Shown here: positions 45,654-57,911 of the stretch, piece by piece
How the letters are laid out: each line of letters starts with the position of its first letter
Position numbering within the stretch: the stretch's first letter is position 1
Source of the DNA: Scenedesmus sp. PABB004
Taxonomy: Eukaryota
DNA length: 64,000 nt
Assembly (NCBI GenBank): GCA_014905635.1
Contig: JABVCE010000009.1
Coordinates: 992,001-1,056,000 of the forward strand
Direction of reading: 5' to 3'
The notes under the pieces: model-generated
The model's database searches: none
Told to the model about the DNA's origin: nothing
Seen by the model: the letters and a program-made list of their open reading frames with translations, nothing else
Program-made: the position numbers and the translations under genes

Positions 45654-47753
45654 ATGCGCAGCAGCGGCGTGGGCAGCGGCGCGGCCGGCGCGCGGCGGCG
45701 CGGCGGCGTCGCCGCAGCCGCCGCTGCCGCCGCCGCCGCACGGCAGCACCAGGTCGGCTGCAGGCCGCCGGCGCGGCGCGGCGTCGCTGCGGCGGCGGCC
45801 GCGCCGGCAGCGGCGGCGGCGTTCGGGGAGCTCGCTGCCTGGCTCGCGTCGCGCGGCGGCGAGGTCGGGCCGGTCAGCATCGGCGACTGCCGCATGGGAG
45901 ACGCCGTCGTGCGCGGCCTCGTGGCGACGGCCGACGTGGCGGCCGGCGACACACTGCTGCGCGTGCCGCTGGGCGCCGCGCTGCGCGACGACGCGCCGCC
46001 CGACCCCTTCCCGGGCGCGCCCTGGAACGCGCGCCTCGCGGCGCACCTGCTCGAGCAGCGCGCCGCCGGCGCCGCCGCGCCGGCCGCGGCCTACCTCGCG
46101 ACGCTGCCGGCGCCGGGCGCCGACGGCCCGCTGCTGCTGCGGCCCGGCGAGCTCGCCGAGGTGCAGTACCCGCCCGCCGTGGCAGCGATCACCTCGTACC
46201 AGGACGCCGCCGGTGCGGCCTTTGACGCGTGGCGCGCCGCCGGCGGCGCGGCCGCGGCGCGCGCGACCTGGGAGGAGTGGGCCTGGGCGCTGCACATGGT
46301 GCAGAGCCGCAGCATACGGCTCGCCATCGCCGGCGCAAAGGTCATGATCCCAGGTGCGCCCCGCGGCAGCGCCCGCCGCGGCGGCGCCGCCCGCCGGGCG
46401 CAGCGGGGCGCTCGGCGAGGCGCGGCAGCGCGCGGCGCCGGCCCGCGCCAGCTCGCAGGCCCGCGCGCCGGTCGCGCCCACGCCGTGCCGCGGCGCCCCC
46501 GCCGGCCGGCAGGCGTGGACATGCTCAATCACGGCGGCGCCGCGGCCAACGGGCAACTCGTGCTGGGCAAGGCCACCTGGCAGCTGGAGGGCGAGCCGGC
46601 GATCTGCTTCGTCGCCACCGCGGCCATCGCCGCCGGCGAGCAGGTGATCACGCGCCGCCCGCCCGCGCGCCCGCGCCCGGCAGCTCGCCCGCGCGCCGAC
46701 GTCGCCCACGCCGCCGCCGCCGCCAACGCCTGTGCGCCCGCGCCCGCGCTCGCGCGTGCCAGGTGCTGTGGAGCTATGGCACGCGCGGCAACGATGACTT
46801 CTTTGCGTACCATGGCTTTGCCCTGCCAGACAACCCAGACGACGACGCCGCGCTCTTTGACTCGCCCGCCGCCGCGGCGGCCTGGGCGGTGTCTGCGCTG
46901 CCGGCGCTGCGCGGCGCGGCGGGCCTCGGCGCCGGCGCGCTCGCGGCGCTCGCGGGTGCGGCGCCGCGGCGGGGCGGGACGAGGCGGTGGGGCGGGGCGC
47001 GCGCGCTGCGGCGCCGAGGCGCCGCCGCCCGCCCCCGCCGCCCGCAGACGCCGCGGCGGGCCGCGCGGCCGCCGAGGCTGGCGCCCACTGTTCCGCCGCC
47101 GCTATCCAGGGCACCAGCAGCAGCCTGCTGCTGCCGCCCGACGCGCTCACGGCGCAGCTGCAGCGCGGCGCGTCTGCCGTGAGCTCGGCGCGGGGCGGGC
47201 GCCGCGACGCGGGCGGCGGCGGGCCGGCCGAGGCAGCCGTGCTGTCCGCGCTCAAGGGCCTGCCGCTGGCGCGGCGGCTCGCGTCGTTCCGGTTGCACCG
47301 GTGCGCCGCCGCGCGCGCGGGCGCCAGCGCGCGCCGGTAGCCGCGCCCATGCCCGACCCCCGACGCCCGCCGTCCGCTGGCCGCCGCCGCCACAGCCCCG
47401 AGTGGGGCACGCCCGCCTGCGCGCCGACCGTGCCGGAGCTCGTGCTGCGCCGCGACGGCGCGCTCGACGTGCGGCTGCCCGCGGTGCTGGCGGCGCTGCT
47501 GGACGCGGCGGGCGGCGGCGAGGCTCCGGAGCGGGCGGTGCCGGCGCTCGTCGCCGCCGCGACGGCCGCGCGCGGCGCCGAGCTGCTGGCCGCGCTCGGC
47601 ACGAGCGCCGCGGCCGACGAGGCCTGCCTGCGCGCCGGCGGCGGCGGCGAGGGCGTGGCGCCGGCGGTGCTGGCGTACCGGCTCAGCAAGAAGCAGGTGC
47701 TCGCCGGAGCGGCGGTGCGCGGGGCGGCGGCGGCGGCGGCGCAGCGCTGCTGA
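45654..47753 (+). CDS. SET-domain lysine methyltransferase, Rubisco LSMT/SETD3-like class (5 exons)
   Basis: LAAWLASRGG..RGLVATADVAAGDTLLRVP..YLATLP..WAWALHMVQSRS..MIP|GVDMLNH..GEQ|VLWSYG..NDDFFAYHGFALPDNPDD; C-terminal LAYRLSKKQVL. Confidence 0.88.
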   Translation: MRSSGVGSGAAGARRRGGVAAAAAAAAAARQHQVGCRPPARRGVAAAAAAPAAAAAFGELAAWLASRGGEVGPVSIGDCRMGDAVVRGLVATADVAAGDTLLRVPLGAALRDDAPPDPFPGAPWNARLAAHLLEQRAAGAAAPAAAYLATLPAPGADGPLLLRPGELAEVQYPPAVAAITSYQDAAGAAFDAWRAAGGAAAARATWEEWAWALHMVQSRSIRLAIAGAKVMIPGAPRGSARRGGAARRAQRGARRGAAARGAGPRQLAGPRAGRAHAVPRRPRRPAGVDMLNHGGAAANGQLVLGKATWQLEGEPAICFVATAAIAAGEQVITRRPPARPRPAARPRADVAHAAAAANACAPAPALARARCCGAMARAATMTSLRTMALPCQTTQTTTPRSLTRPPPRRPGRCLRCRRCAARRASAPARSRRSRVRRRGGAGRGGGAGRARCGAEAPPPAPAARRRRGGPRGRRGWRPLFRRRYPGHQQQPAAAARRAHGAAAARRVCRELGAGRAPRRGRRRAGRGSRAVRAQGPAAGAAARVVPVAPVRRRARGRQRAPVAAPMPDPRRPPSAGRRRHSPEWGTPACAPTVPELVLRRDGALDVRLPAVLAALLDAAGGGEAPERAVPALVAAATAARGAELLAALGTSAAADEACLRAGGGGEGVAPAVLAYRLSKKQVLAGAAVRGAAAAAAQRC

Positions 47754-48015
47754 GCGGGGCGCGGTGGGTTAGCGGCGTCGGGGCCCCGACCGTGCACGCC
47801 ACGCCCCTCCGCAGCTCCCCGCGCGCCCCTCCACACACCGCGCACGCTCCGCCCCTGCGCCCGTCTTCTGCTCCGCACGCCGCCCGCCAGCACCCGATCG
47901 CCCCGCCCGCCGCACGCGTCGCGTTGCCCCGGCCGTCTCGCGGATCGGCAACCCTCCAGCGCGCAGCTCGCGCGCGTCGACGGCAGCGCCAGCGAGCGGC
48001 AGCCCGGCCATCAGG

Positions 48016-49462
48016 ATGGCGGAGGACGCGCCCGTGCAGGGCGGCGCCGCGGACGACACGCCCGACTTTTCCAAGCGCCACCCGCTTGAGCACAAGTGAG
48101 GAGACCGCCAATGCCGCCGCGCCGGGGAGCCGGGGGCGCGGGGCGGCCGCCGAGCAGCAGGGCAGCTGCCGGCGCGCGGCCCCGCGCGCCCGCCGGCCGG
48201 GATGCAGCGCTGCGCGGCGCCCCGGTGGGCCACGACGGCCGGGAGGCGCTGGCACGTCGTGCCGCGGCGCCGGGGGATGCGCCGGGGGCGGCGACGGCCC
48301 GCAACGGCAGAGCGGCGGCGGCGGCAGCGACAGCACGCGGCGCCGCAGATCGAGCAGCGCCGGCGCGCCGCAGCGCGAGCGGCCGCAGCAGCCCCGCGGG
48401 GGCCCTGCGCCGGCGCCGATCGCCGGCGCCGATCGCCGCCGCCGCCGCCGCCGCCGCGGCGCGCCAGGTGGACGTTGTGGTTTGACAACCCCTCGACGAA
48501 GCAGAGCCTCACGCGCTACGGGCAGGGCCTGCGGCCCGTGTACTCGTTCGACAGCGTGGAGGACTTTTGGTGGTGCGCGCCCCCGCCGCGTCGCGTCCCG
48601 CGCCGCGCCGCTGCCCCTTGATCCTCAATCTCAACGCTCAATCCCTCCTCACCCCCTCTCCACTCGCGCACCCCGCCCACCCACCACCCCGCCCGCACCC
48701 GCCCCCAACCCGCCCAGCCTGTACAACAACATCAAGGCCCCCAGCCAGCTGCAGCCGAGCGCCACCTACTACCTGTTTAAGGACGGCATCGAGCCAAAGT
48801 GGGAGGACCCCATGAACGCGCACGGCGGCAGCTGGGTCGCAAACGCGCCGCGCACGCCCAACGGCCGCGCGACGCTCGACGCGTGGTGGCTGCACGCGGT
48901 GCGCCATCACCGGCCGCGCCGCCGCCGCTGCCCCGCTGCCCTGCTGCCGCCGCCGCCGCCGCCGCCCCCCGCCGCGGCCGCCGCCGGCGCCGCCGACCCC
49001 GCCCCCGCCGCGCCGCGGCCGCCGCCGTCGCCAGGTGCTGGCGTGCATCGGCGAGCAGTTTGACGAGGGCGACGAGGTCTGCGGCGTCACGGTCAACATC
49101 CGCGCGGGCAAGGACCGCATCGAGCTCTGGACCAAGACCGCCGCGAACGAGGCGTTGCAGACGAGCCTCGCGAAGCAGCTCAAGCAGATGCTCGACATCC
49201 CAGACTCCAACAAGATCGGTTTCGTAGTCTTTGTGAGGCGCCGCCTCGCAGCGCCCGCGCCCGCACCGCCGCCGCGGCCCCGCGCCGCGCACGCCGCCGC
49301 GGCCCCGCGCCGCGCACGCCGCTGCCCACAGCACGCCGCCGCGCACGCGCCGCGCGGCGCTGAGCCGCCGCCGCCCGCCCCCGTCCCTCTCCCTGCGTGC
49401 GCGCGCGCGCGCAGAGCGAGAAGCTGACCAGCGGCAAGAGCAAGGACAAGTACAGCGTCTGA
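48016..49462 (+). CDS. eIF4E: Eukaryotic translation initiation factor 4E (5 exons)
   Basis: [76 protein letters not shown]. Confidence 0.96.
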
Positions 49463-50299
49463 GCGCGCGACGCGGCCGCCCGGCCACCGGGCGCGGCTGG
49501 GCCCGTTCGTCGAGGCCAGCAGGAGGCCGGCGGCGGCGGCCCGGGGCGGGCGGCGATCAGGCGCGGCCGCGCAGAATTGAAACGGTGCTTGCTGCGCGCG
49601 GCGGCCTGCCCGCGTCTCTCTCGATCGACCGTTCGCGCGTTTACCTGAGCCGAGCCCACTGAGCGTGCGCGCCGCTGTGCCGAACGATCACGCCGCCCGG
49701 CCTCTTGCAGCCGGCCCGCCCCGTTACCCCCAAAAACACGGCCGACCTGCTGCGCTGCGCCCGCGGCGGCCGCGCGCGCTGCCGTCGCCCGCCGGCGACG
49801 GCGCGGTCTGCGCGCGCGTCGCCGGCGCGGCGCGGCGCGGACCGCTTCAAGTGCTTTGGTGGCCTTGCCGCTGACAGCACACCAGCTCATCCTGCCTCGC
49901 TATGTGCACAACCGCCTGTCTGCCTGCCCGCCCGCCCTGCGCGCCGCCGCGCCGCGACGTCGCGCCTGGCCCCGCTCCCTCCGTGACCCTGCCCGGCGCT
50001 GCACACGCATGTACACCGCTGCCGCCGCTGGACCGAGCCTCCGTCCGTCCTGTGCAGACTGCTGCCTGTCGGGCGCTCGGCCCCGCCTGTGCAGTGCTCG
50101 CACACACACCGCTGCCGCTGCAGCCGTGCAATGATCGTTCCGGCCGCCGCCAGCCCCGCAGCGACGGGCGGCGGCCGCACGGGGCGCGCGCGCGCGAGCG
50201 CACGCGCGCCCTGCCTCCCCGGCCGCGCGCGGCGCACGCCCGCCGCCCCAGCCACCGCTGGGGCCCGGCGGGCGCGCGCGCGCCTGCCAGCGCGCGCGC

Positions 50300-50363
50300 T
50301 TAGTGCGCGGGCGCCTGGTGGCCGCCGCCCATGCCCAGCTTCATGCTGAGGTCATCGGCGACG

Positions 50364-50396
<33 letters not shown>

Positions 50397-52565
50397 GCCG
50401 CAGCCGCCGCCGCTGCGGCGTGCTGCGCCGCTGCGGCGTGCTGCGCCGCGGCGTGCTGCTGCGCGGCCGCGTGCGCGGCCGCCGCGTCGGCGTGCGCCGG
50501 GTGGCCGCCCGCGTGGCCCGGCTGCGCCGCCGCCGCGGGCGGCGCGCCGTGCCAGTCGTCGTGGTGCGCCTGGTACACCTCCGCGCCGTGCTGCCCCGCC
50601 GCGCCGGCGTGGTCCCACGTCTGGTGCGGCGCCGCCGGCGCGCCGCCGTGCGCCGGCTGCCCCGCGGGCGGGTGCAGCTCGTGGTGCGGCACGGGCGGCG
50701 CGTGCGCGGCGTGCGCGCCGGCGTCGTGGTGCTGGCCGCCGCCGGCGTCGCCGTGGTGCTGGGCCTCGTCCACCCAGCCGGGGTAGTCAGCGTAGTGCAT
50801 GTTGTGATCAAAGTACTTGTCGTAGTCAGTCTCGTGCCATTCGTGGGCGCTCTCGTGGTGGAAGTCGTAGTGGGGGTTGTGCCGCAGCTCCCCGGGCGGC
50901 GCGGGCGACGCCGGCGTCGGCGCGGGCGCGCCGACGGCCGCGCCGCCGGCCTGCGCCGCGTGGTCGTGCGGGTGCATCTGCTGCGGCGCCGCCGCGGGCA
51001 CCGCCTGCGTCGGCACCGGCGTCGGCACCGCGTGCACGGGCACGTGCGCCGCCGCGCGGCGGCGGCCGCCGCCGCCTGCTGCTGCGCGTGCGCCGCCGCG
51101 TGCGCGTCCGCCGCCGCCTGCTGCTGCGCGGCCGCGTGCGCCGCCGCCTGCTGCGCCGCCGCCGTCTGCGCCGCCGCGACGTGCGCGGGCGGGAGGTTGT
51201 CATACAGCGGGTCGTGCCCGCGGGGCTGCTCCGGGGCGATGTGGGAGGGCATCTGGTGGTGCTCCTTCACGCCCGCCGGCACCGCCAGCTTGGCAGCCTG
51301 CAGCTCCGCGCGCAGCCTGCGCGGGCGCGGCGCGGTGGCGGCGGGGGGAGGGGTGCGCGTGAGCGCCGCCCCGCGGGCCTGCATTGACCGCCGCGCGGCG
51401 GCGGGGGCAGGCACAGGGGCGCTCACGTGTGGATCTCTGCCTCCATCTCCCGCTCGAGGCGCTCCCAGTCCTCCTGCACGCGCATCCACGCCTCCTCGCG
51501 CGTGTGGTGCGCGGCGACCTCGTCGCTCAGGTGCTGCTTGTACGCCTCGATCAGCGCGTTGGCCGTCTCCAGGCTGCGTGGTGCACGACGGCGGCGGCGG
51601 CGGCGGCGCCGGTTGTCAGCGGCGGCAGCGGCACGCGGCGGCAGCCGGCGCGCAGGCGCGGCGCGCGGCCGCGCGCAGCGGCAGCGCGCGCATCACACTC
51701 ACTCCTGCTTGAGCTGCGCGGACTGCTGGTTGAGCGAGGCCACGTGGGTGTTGGCCGCCTGCACCGCATCGTCCACCAGCCGCTTCTGCAGGCGCGCGCG
51801 CGGCGACGTGCGCGGCACGGGTGAGCGCGCGCGCCTGCCCGCGGGTCCGCCGCCCGCCGGCCCAGGACCGACGCGCGGCCCCGCCGCCCCGGGCGCCGCC
51901 GCCGCTGCCCCGGGTGCCGCCGCCGCTGCCCCGGGCGCCGCCGCCGCTGCCCCGCGCGCACCTCGCGCTGCAGACGGTCGAGCTCGTGCACCGACTGCCC
52001 GCTGTGCTCGCTGAAGCTGTGATACTCCGCCTGCAGGTGCTGGTAGTCCGCCTCGCGGCTCGCCAGCGTCGCCTGCGCGCAGGCAAACGGCGGCGCTCGG
52101 CGCGCCGCGCGCGCGCCGGCGGCGGCGCGCCCGGCGGCGGCGGCGGCGGCGGCGGCGGCGCGCGCGCAGCAGCAGCGGCGCGCCTCGAGGTGGTGGAGGT
52201 GGTTCAAGGTGTGGGTGAGCTCCTCCTGCGAGACCTCGTGGTGCATCCGCGCATCCCGCAGCGAGGCGCGCGTGGAGACGAGCGCGAGGCCCAGGCCGCC
52301 GCTCAGGACGAGCAGCAGGGTGAGGGCGACGGTCGCCCCCGCGCCCGCGCCCGAGCTGCCCCGGCTCCGCGGCCTGCGGGCGCGCGCGGGCGGCCACGCC
52401 ACGGTCTCGCCCCAATGCGCGTCTCCGCGCCCAACGGGGCGCCCGCGGGCAGCGCGCGGGCCGCAACTGCTGCCGCAAGGCGCCGCGGCATCCGCTCCCC
52501 GCGCGGCCGCACCCGCCGTAGCCGCCGCCGCCGTAGGCCCTGGGAAGGCTGTGTTGCTGGTACAT
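50300..52565 (-). CDS. Type II membrane coiled-coil protein with His-rich C-terminal region (one apparent frameshift)
   Basis: MYQQHSLPRAYGGGGYGG|PRSR.., TM segment ATVALTLLLVLSGGLGLALVS, coiled-coil exons, then HNPHYDFHHESAHEWHETDYDKYFDHNMHY..; stop at 50300. Confidence 0.6.
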
Positions 52566-52984
52566 GGTGCCAATCATCCGCCTCGCGCCCTCAGGCCGCC
52601 GCGCGGCGCGCCGGGCTGGCCTGCTGCTGCCGCGGCTATCTTCTCCCCGACAGCAGCACGGGCGTGAGGGGGCGTGTGGGGAGGGGCGGGGTGGGGCCGG
52701 GCCGGAGCCAACGCGGTGGCAGGGCAGCGCGGGCGGGCTCCAGGCCGCGCGGCACAGCACCGAAGAGCCGCGCGCCCTGTCACATGGCGCACGACGCGCA
52801 CACCCCGGCAGGCCGCTTAAGGGTGTGTCACACAGAGCCTCAGCAAGCGCGCGGCGGGCGAGAGGGGCAGCAAGGCGCGCGGCGCGGCCTCCAAGGATTG
52901 CGCGCGCCGTCGCCGCCACCTGCCTGCGCAGCCCCGCGCGCCCGCGGGAAGCTCGGCCCTCGAGTGTACAGCTACAGGCCAGCG

Positions 52985-54731
52985 TCAGGCGCCGCACTCG
53001 CGCTGCGCCGCTCGCGCGTAGGCGAGCACGGCGTCGGCCGCGGCGCGCAGGCCGCCCTCGCCCGCGATCGCCTGCGGCGGGGCGGCCGCAGGCCTGGTCG
53101 GCCGGCGCGCGCGCCGGCCACCCGCCTGCACCGCGCGCGCGCGCGCGCACCTCCCTGACGCGGCGGCAGGAGCCCAGCACGCCCGGCTGCCGCGCTGTGC
53201 GCGCCTGCGCGGCGAGGCACGCGGCGCCCGCCGCGACCGCGCCCGGCGGCGGCGCGCCCGCGGCGCCGCCGCCACCGGGCAGCAGCTCCTCCAGCGCCAG
53301 CTGCGCCGGCGGGGAGCAGCCCAGCTGCGCGACGGCCTCGGCGCTCCGGTACTGGTCAAACTGCAGCGGGCAGACCAGCTGCGGCGCGCCGGCCGCGAGC
53401 GCGGCGGCGACCGTGCCCGACCCGCCGTGGTGCAGCAGCGCGGCGCAGTGTTCGAGCAGGAGGTGGTGGCAGGCCAGCGGCTGCGGCCACGCGAGCAGCC
53501 GCGCGCGGGCGCCGGGCGGCAGCGCGCCGTGCGCGTCCGCGAGCGGCGCCCAGCCGCCGGTGAGCAGCACACCGCGCCTGCGCGCCGGCGCGGCGCGACG
53601 CGCGCGTGAGCGGGGCCGCCGCCGGCAGCGGCGGCGGCGGCCGCGCGCCGCGCCGCACCAGCCCAGCAGTTCCAGCGCCGCCGCCAGCACCGCCACAAGC
53701 AGCGCCGGGTCGCGCAGGAGGCCGAGGCGGCCCATGGAACCGAAGTCGACCGCCAGCAGCGGCGGCGCCGCGCCGCCGGCGCCGCCGTCGCCGCCTGCCA
53801 CCCAGTCAGCCAGCGCGCCCGGCAGCGCGCAGCGCCAGCCGCCCGCGGCGCGGCGCTGCGCGTGCACCTCGGACGCCAGCCACAGCCCCGTCAGGCGCAC
53901 GCTGGGCGGCCAGAAGCCCGGCCGCGGCACGGTGCTGGGGCTGAGGCCGTAAAAGACGGGCAACGCGGCCGGCAGCAGCCCCGCGTCGCCGCCGCCCGCG
54001 TCGCCGCCGCGCCCGCGCGCGGTGCAGAGCCGCCAGCCCTCCGCGACTGCCTGCTCGAGCGGCAGCGCCCGCAGGCCCAGCTCCTCCTGGCGCCAGGCGC
54101 CCCAGCGCTCGGTGAAGAGCGGCCACATCCAGTGGGTCACGTCGCCCCAGCACACGCACGGCAGGCCGGCCTCCTGCCCGCCGGCCGCGCCGCCGCCGCC
54201 GCCGCCGCGCTGCAGCGCCGCCGCGAGGCGCGGGCGCGCGCGCGCGAGGCGCCGGCCAAAATTGGCCGGCGCGGCGTATGGGATTAGATAGGGCTGCACC
54301 ACCGCCGCGGGCACGGCGAGCGCCTCTGCCAGGTGGTACCCCTCCAAAGCAAAGAGATTGAACAGAATCAGCCGGCGCGGGGCTGGTTGCTGCTGCTCCT
54401 GCTCCGGCTGCTGCTGCTCCAGCGCCGCGGTGCAGCAGGCTGCCAGCTGGCGCCGCGCGGCGGCGGCATCGACCGGCGGCGCGGGCCCGTCCGGGCCATC
54501 GTCGCCACCGCCGCCGCCGTGCCAGACCGCGGCGGGCGCGGCGTCGACGAAGCGCAGCGCCACGCCGCCGTCGCCGCAGTCGGCGCCGAGCAGGTCGCGG
54601 AGCCAAGCCGCGTGCGCCGCGTGGCTGATGAGCGTTGCCTCGACGCCGGCCGTGACAGCGAGCTGCCACGCGAGCAGGGCGAGCGGCTGCACGTCGCCGC
54701 GCGTGCCGAGCGCGAGCACGGCGACCCGCAT
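52985..54731 (-). CDS. GT-B glycosyltransferase, sterol 3-beta-glucosyltransferase-like (3 exons)
   Basis: MRVAVLALGTRGDVQPL, FNLFALEGYHLAEAL, WMWPLFTERWGAWR, VDFGSMG, HHGGSGTVAAALAAGAPQLVCPLQFDQ. Confidence 0.88.
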
Positions 54732-54987
54732 TCGCCGCCGCCGCTGCTGCCGCGCGCTGCTGCTGGCGGCGGCGGCGGCGGCGCGCGTGGGCCGCGGCGC
54801 GTTTGGGGATGCTGCCGCGTTGTGGGAGCCTTCGGGCTGGGCGAAAGCACGCTTGGCGCCCGCTGAACCCCGCACAACCGCTCAACCGCTGCTGCCGCGT
54901 TCGCGCGCCGCGCACGCCGGGCGCCCGCTAGGACCCCGCAGGCAGGACCGTCCTGGCGCACCACCGCCTCACGCCGCAAGCACCACG

Positions 54988-55656
54988 ATGGCGAAGCGAG
55001 GCCTGCTGGGCGCCGCGGCTGCGGCGCTGGGTGCAGCAGAGGCGCTGGCGGCGCTCGCTGTCGGCCACGGCTTTGGCATCGCGGTCGGCGTGGCCTCTGC
55101 AACCGGCGGCGCCGCGCTGCTCGCGACGACGCGGCTGCCGCGCCGCGCGGCGCGGCTCGTCGTGGGCTTCGCCTGGGCGAGCGGCGCGCTGCTGCTGGTG
55201 CGCGCCGCGAGCCGCGACCCGGCGCGGCCGGCGCGCTTCCCAGAGTCCTGCGCGGCCAAGCCGCAGGGCTGCGCGCGCGTGGCGGCGACCGCGTCGCACC
55301 GCTCGGGCGGCCTGGCCCCGCTGCGGCTCGACACCACCGTCGCCGCCGCGAAGGGCGCGGCGCTCAATTGGATCTCCGCGCAGCCGCGCGCAAAGGTCCT
55401 GGACGACCTCCGCCTGCTCGACGGCGAGGCCCTGCTGCACGCGAGGTTCGTCTCGCGGCTGTGGGGCTTCTCGGACGACCTGTGGGTCCGCGTCACGTGC
55501 GCGGAGGGCGGCGCGGCGCTGGTGGAGGTGCAGGGCTCGCTGCGCCTGGGCGTGGGCGACATGGGCGTCAATCCAGCGCGCTGCGCCGCGCTGCTCGAGG
55601 CGCTGCGGGCCGCCGGCGGCGGCCTGCCCGCCGGCGGCTGCGGCGGCGGCGGCTGA
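54988..55656 (+). CDS. DUF1499-family membrane protein (intronless)
   Basis: N-terminal hydrophobic helices, then HARFVSRLWGFSDDLWVRV..VEVQGSLRLGVGDMGVNPAR (DUF1499 signature S..GFxDD..R.G..D.GVN..R). Confidence 0.8.
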   Translation: MAKRGLLGAAAAALGAAEALAALAVGHGFGIAVGVASATGGAALLATTRLPRRAARLVVGFAWASGALLLVRAASRDPARPARFPESCAAKPQGCARVAATASHRSGGLAPLRLDTTVAAAKGAALNWISAQPRAKVLDDLRLLDGEALLHARFVSRLWGFSDDLWVRVTCAEGGAALVEVQGSLRLGVGDMGVNPARCAALLEALRAAGGGLPAGGCGGGG

Positions 55657-55772
55657 GCTCGGGGCTGAGCAAGCCCTGGGGTCGGCGGAGGTGCGCGCGC
55701 GGCCGCCGGCGCTGCCCGGCTGTTAATTGAGCCGCAGAGCAGCCCGCCCCCCTCCCCCGCCGCCGCCGCGCG

Positions 55773-57850
55773 TCATATGGTCTGATCAGCGCCCGCCCCC
55801 GGCGGCCGCGCCGGCGCGAGCAGCCACGGCGGCGCGCGCGGCGCGCCGCGCCCGAGGCGCGGCTGCGCGCCGCCCGCGGCCGGCACCCGGTCCTCGTCGA
55901 CGCTCGCCGGCACGCCGGCCGCGTAGACGGTGACGCTGTAGGCCAGCGTGTCGCCCGGCAGGCCGAGCGAGGCGTGGAGGCCGGAGATGGTCACCGAGTA
56001 TGTGACCTCCGCCGCCGGCCGCACGAGCATCCAGCTCTCGTTGCCGCGCTGCGTCGCGAGCGCGGGGCGCCACGACAGCGCGTGCAGGTCCCACTCCCCG
56101 CGCGGCTCGAGCGCGAGCGGCACCGCGGCCGGGCCGCCGCCGGCCGCGTCGCGCGCGGTCATGGCCACACTCGCGGTGCCAAACAGGTCTGCCTCCCACC
56201 AGCTGTCCGGCAGGGCCGCCTCGAGGCCGAGCCCCTCAAAGCTCACGTGCCAGCGGGGGAAGACGAGCGGGTACGGCACGTACCCGGGCGGCGGCCAGGC
56301 GGTGAACGCCAGCCCGGCGCGCCCGCCCGGCGCGGGCGGGCCGCCCGCGCTGCCGTCTTCGACGACCCACAGCGCGTGCGCCGGCACCGCGCCCGGCGCG
56401 GGCGACGGCCACGCGTCGCCCGGCGCCATCGCGCGCGTGCCTGCGGGCGCGCAGCGGCGGCGGCCGGGTCTGGGCCGGGCGGCGCAGCTGCCGGCGCGGG
56501 CCGCCGCCGCCGGCGTCCGCCGCGGCCGCTCACTCGGCAGCAGCAGCCAGCGGCGGTGCCCCACGCCGCTGTTGAACTCGCCCTCGTCCGCCATAAAGGC
56601 AATCACCGCCTGCGGCCCCACCGCGCCGAGCGCGAGGTTGCTCGCCGCCGCGGCAGCGCGTGCGGGCGCGGTCGCGCAGGGCCAGCCGTCGCCGGGGTCG
56701 TGCGACAGGTCCTGCGCCGCCGCCATCGCGAGCGCGGCCGCGAGCGCGCCCGCGGCCTCGCCGGCGTCGCCCGACAGCGCGACCGGGCCGGCGCCGGCCA
56801 TGGCGCGAAAGAAGTTGACCTGCGCGCGCGGGGGCGGCGGGCGGGCGCGCCCGTCACGCGCGGCGGAGCGCGTGCCGCCGCCGGCGGGGCTCCTGCACCA
56901 CGCGCGCCCAGCTCGCCAGCCGCCCCCCTCCCCTGGCCGCCCCGCCATGGCCCGCGCACCATCGCCAGCGTCTCGGCCTGCCAGCCCGCCGGCAGCTGGA
57001 ACGGCGTGCAGGCGTCAGCGCTGCCGGGAAAGCCGTTCTCGGCCGCCGTGCAGCACGCGGGGTGGTCCGGGCCGCCCATGTAGCAGTCGAGGTGCGGCAG
57101 GAACGCCGCCGTGAACGCGGACGTGACCTCGGCGCGGCGGCTCGTGTCGATGGGCCCCGGCGGCAGCGGCGCGGCGCCGCGGCACGCGCCGTCGGCGCCG
57201 CGGCACCGCGCCGGCGCGCCGGGCGTGGGTGCGGCGCAGACGTCGAGCGCGCGGGGCAGGCCGTGCAGGTCAGCGTGCCGCCGCAGCCGTCGGGCAGGCC
57301 CGCGCCGCAGACGCCGTCGCCCGCCAGCAGCTCGCAGCTCGCCGGCGTGCACACGCACACGCCCGCATCGCACGTGCCGGGCTGTCCCTCGTCGTCGATG
57401 CAGGCCTCCGGCTCCGGGAAGCTGCGGCGCGCCGGCAGGGGGCTGTACCTGCACGTGCCGGTCACGCCGTCGCACGCCGCCTCCTGGCAGACCGGCGGCG
57501 CGCACGTGCAGGGCCGGCAGGGGCCCGCAGCGGCCGCTGGGCTGAAGCTCCCCGCGGTGCAGGGGCGGCAGCGCCCGCCGCGCCGCCCAAAGCCCGCCAC
57601 GCACAGCGCGCAGCGCCGCTGCCCCGCGCCGTTGGTCGTCGCGCCGGCGGGGCAGCGCCGGCAGGCTGCCGGCCGGCCCGCGCTGTCGGTGAAGGTCCCG
57701 GGCGGGCACGGCACGCACGCGCCGGCCTGCACGAACTCGCCCGGCCTGCACGACGGCACGCCCACTAGTGGTGCTGCCGGCGGCGCGCCTGGTGCGTCCT
57801 CTTGCGGCGCTGGCTCTTCCGATGCTGCTGCTGCTGCTGCTGCTGCTGAG

Positions 57851-57911
<61 letters not shown>

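Noticed and set aside
14108..47753. Very long six-frame ORFs (e.g. 14108-17593, 21089-24859, 43725-47753)
   Set aside because: They are Arg/Ala/Gly/Pro-rich read-throughs caused by stop-codon scarcity at very high GC, crossing introns and antisense genes. Only parts are real exons.
49641..49650. TTACCTG resembling the U1 snRNA 5' end
   Set aside because: It lacks the ATAC prefix, recognisable stem-loops and an Sm site; it lies between two convergent 3' ends.
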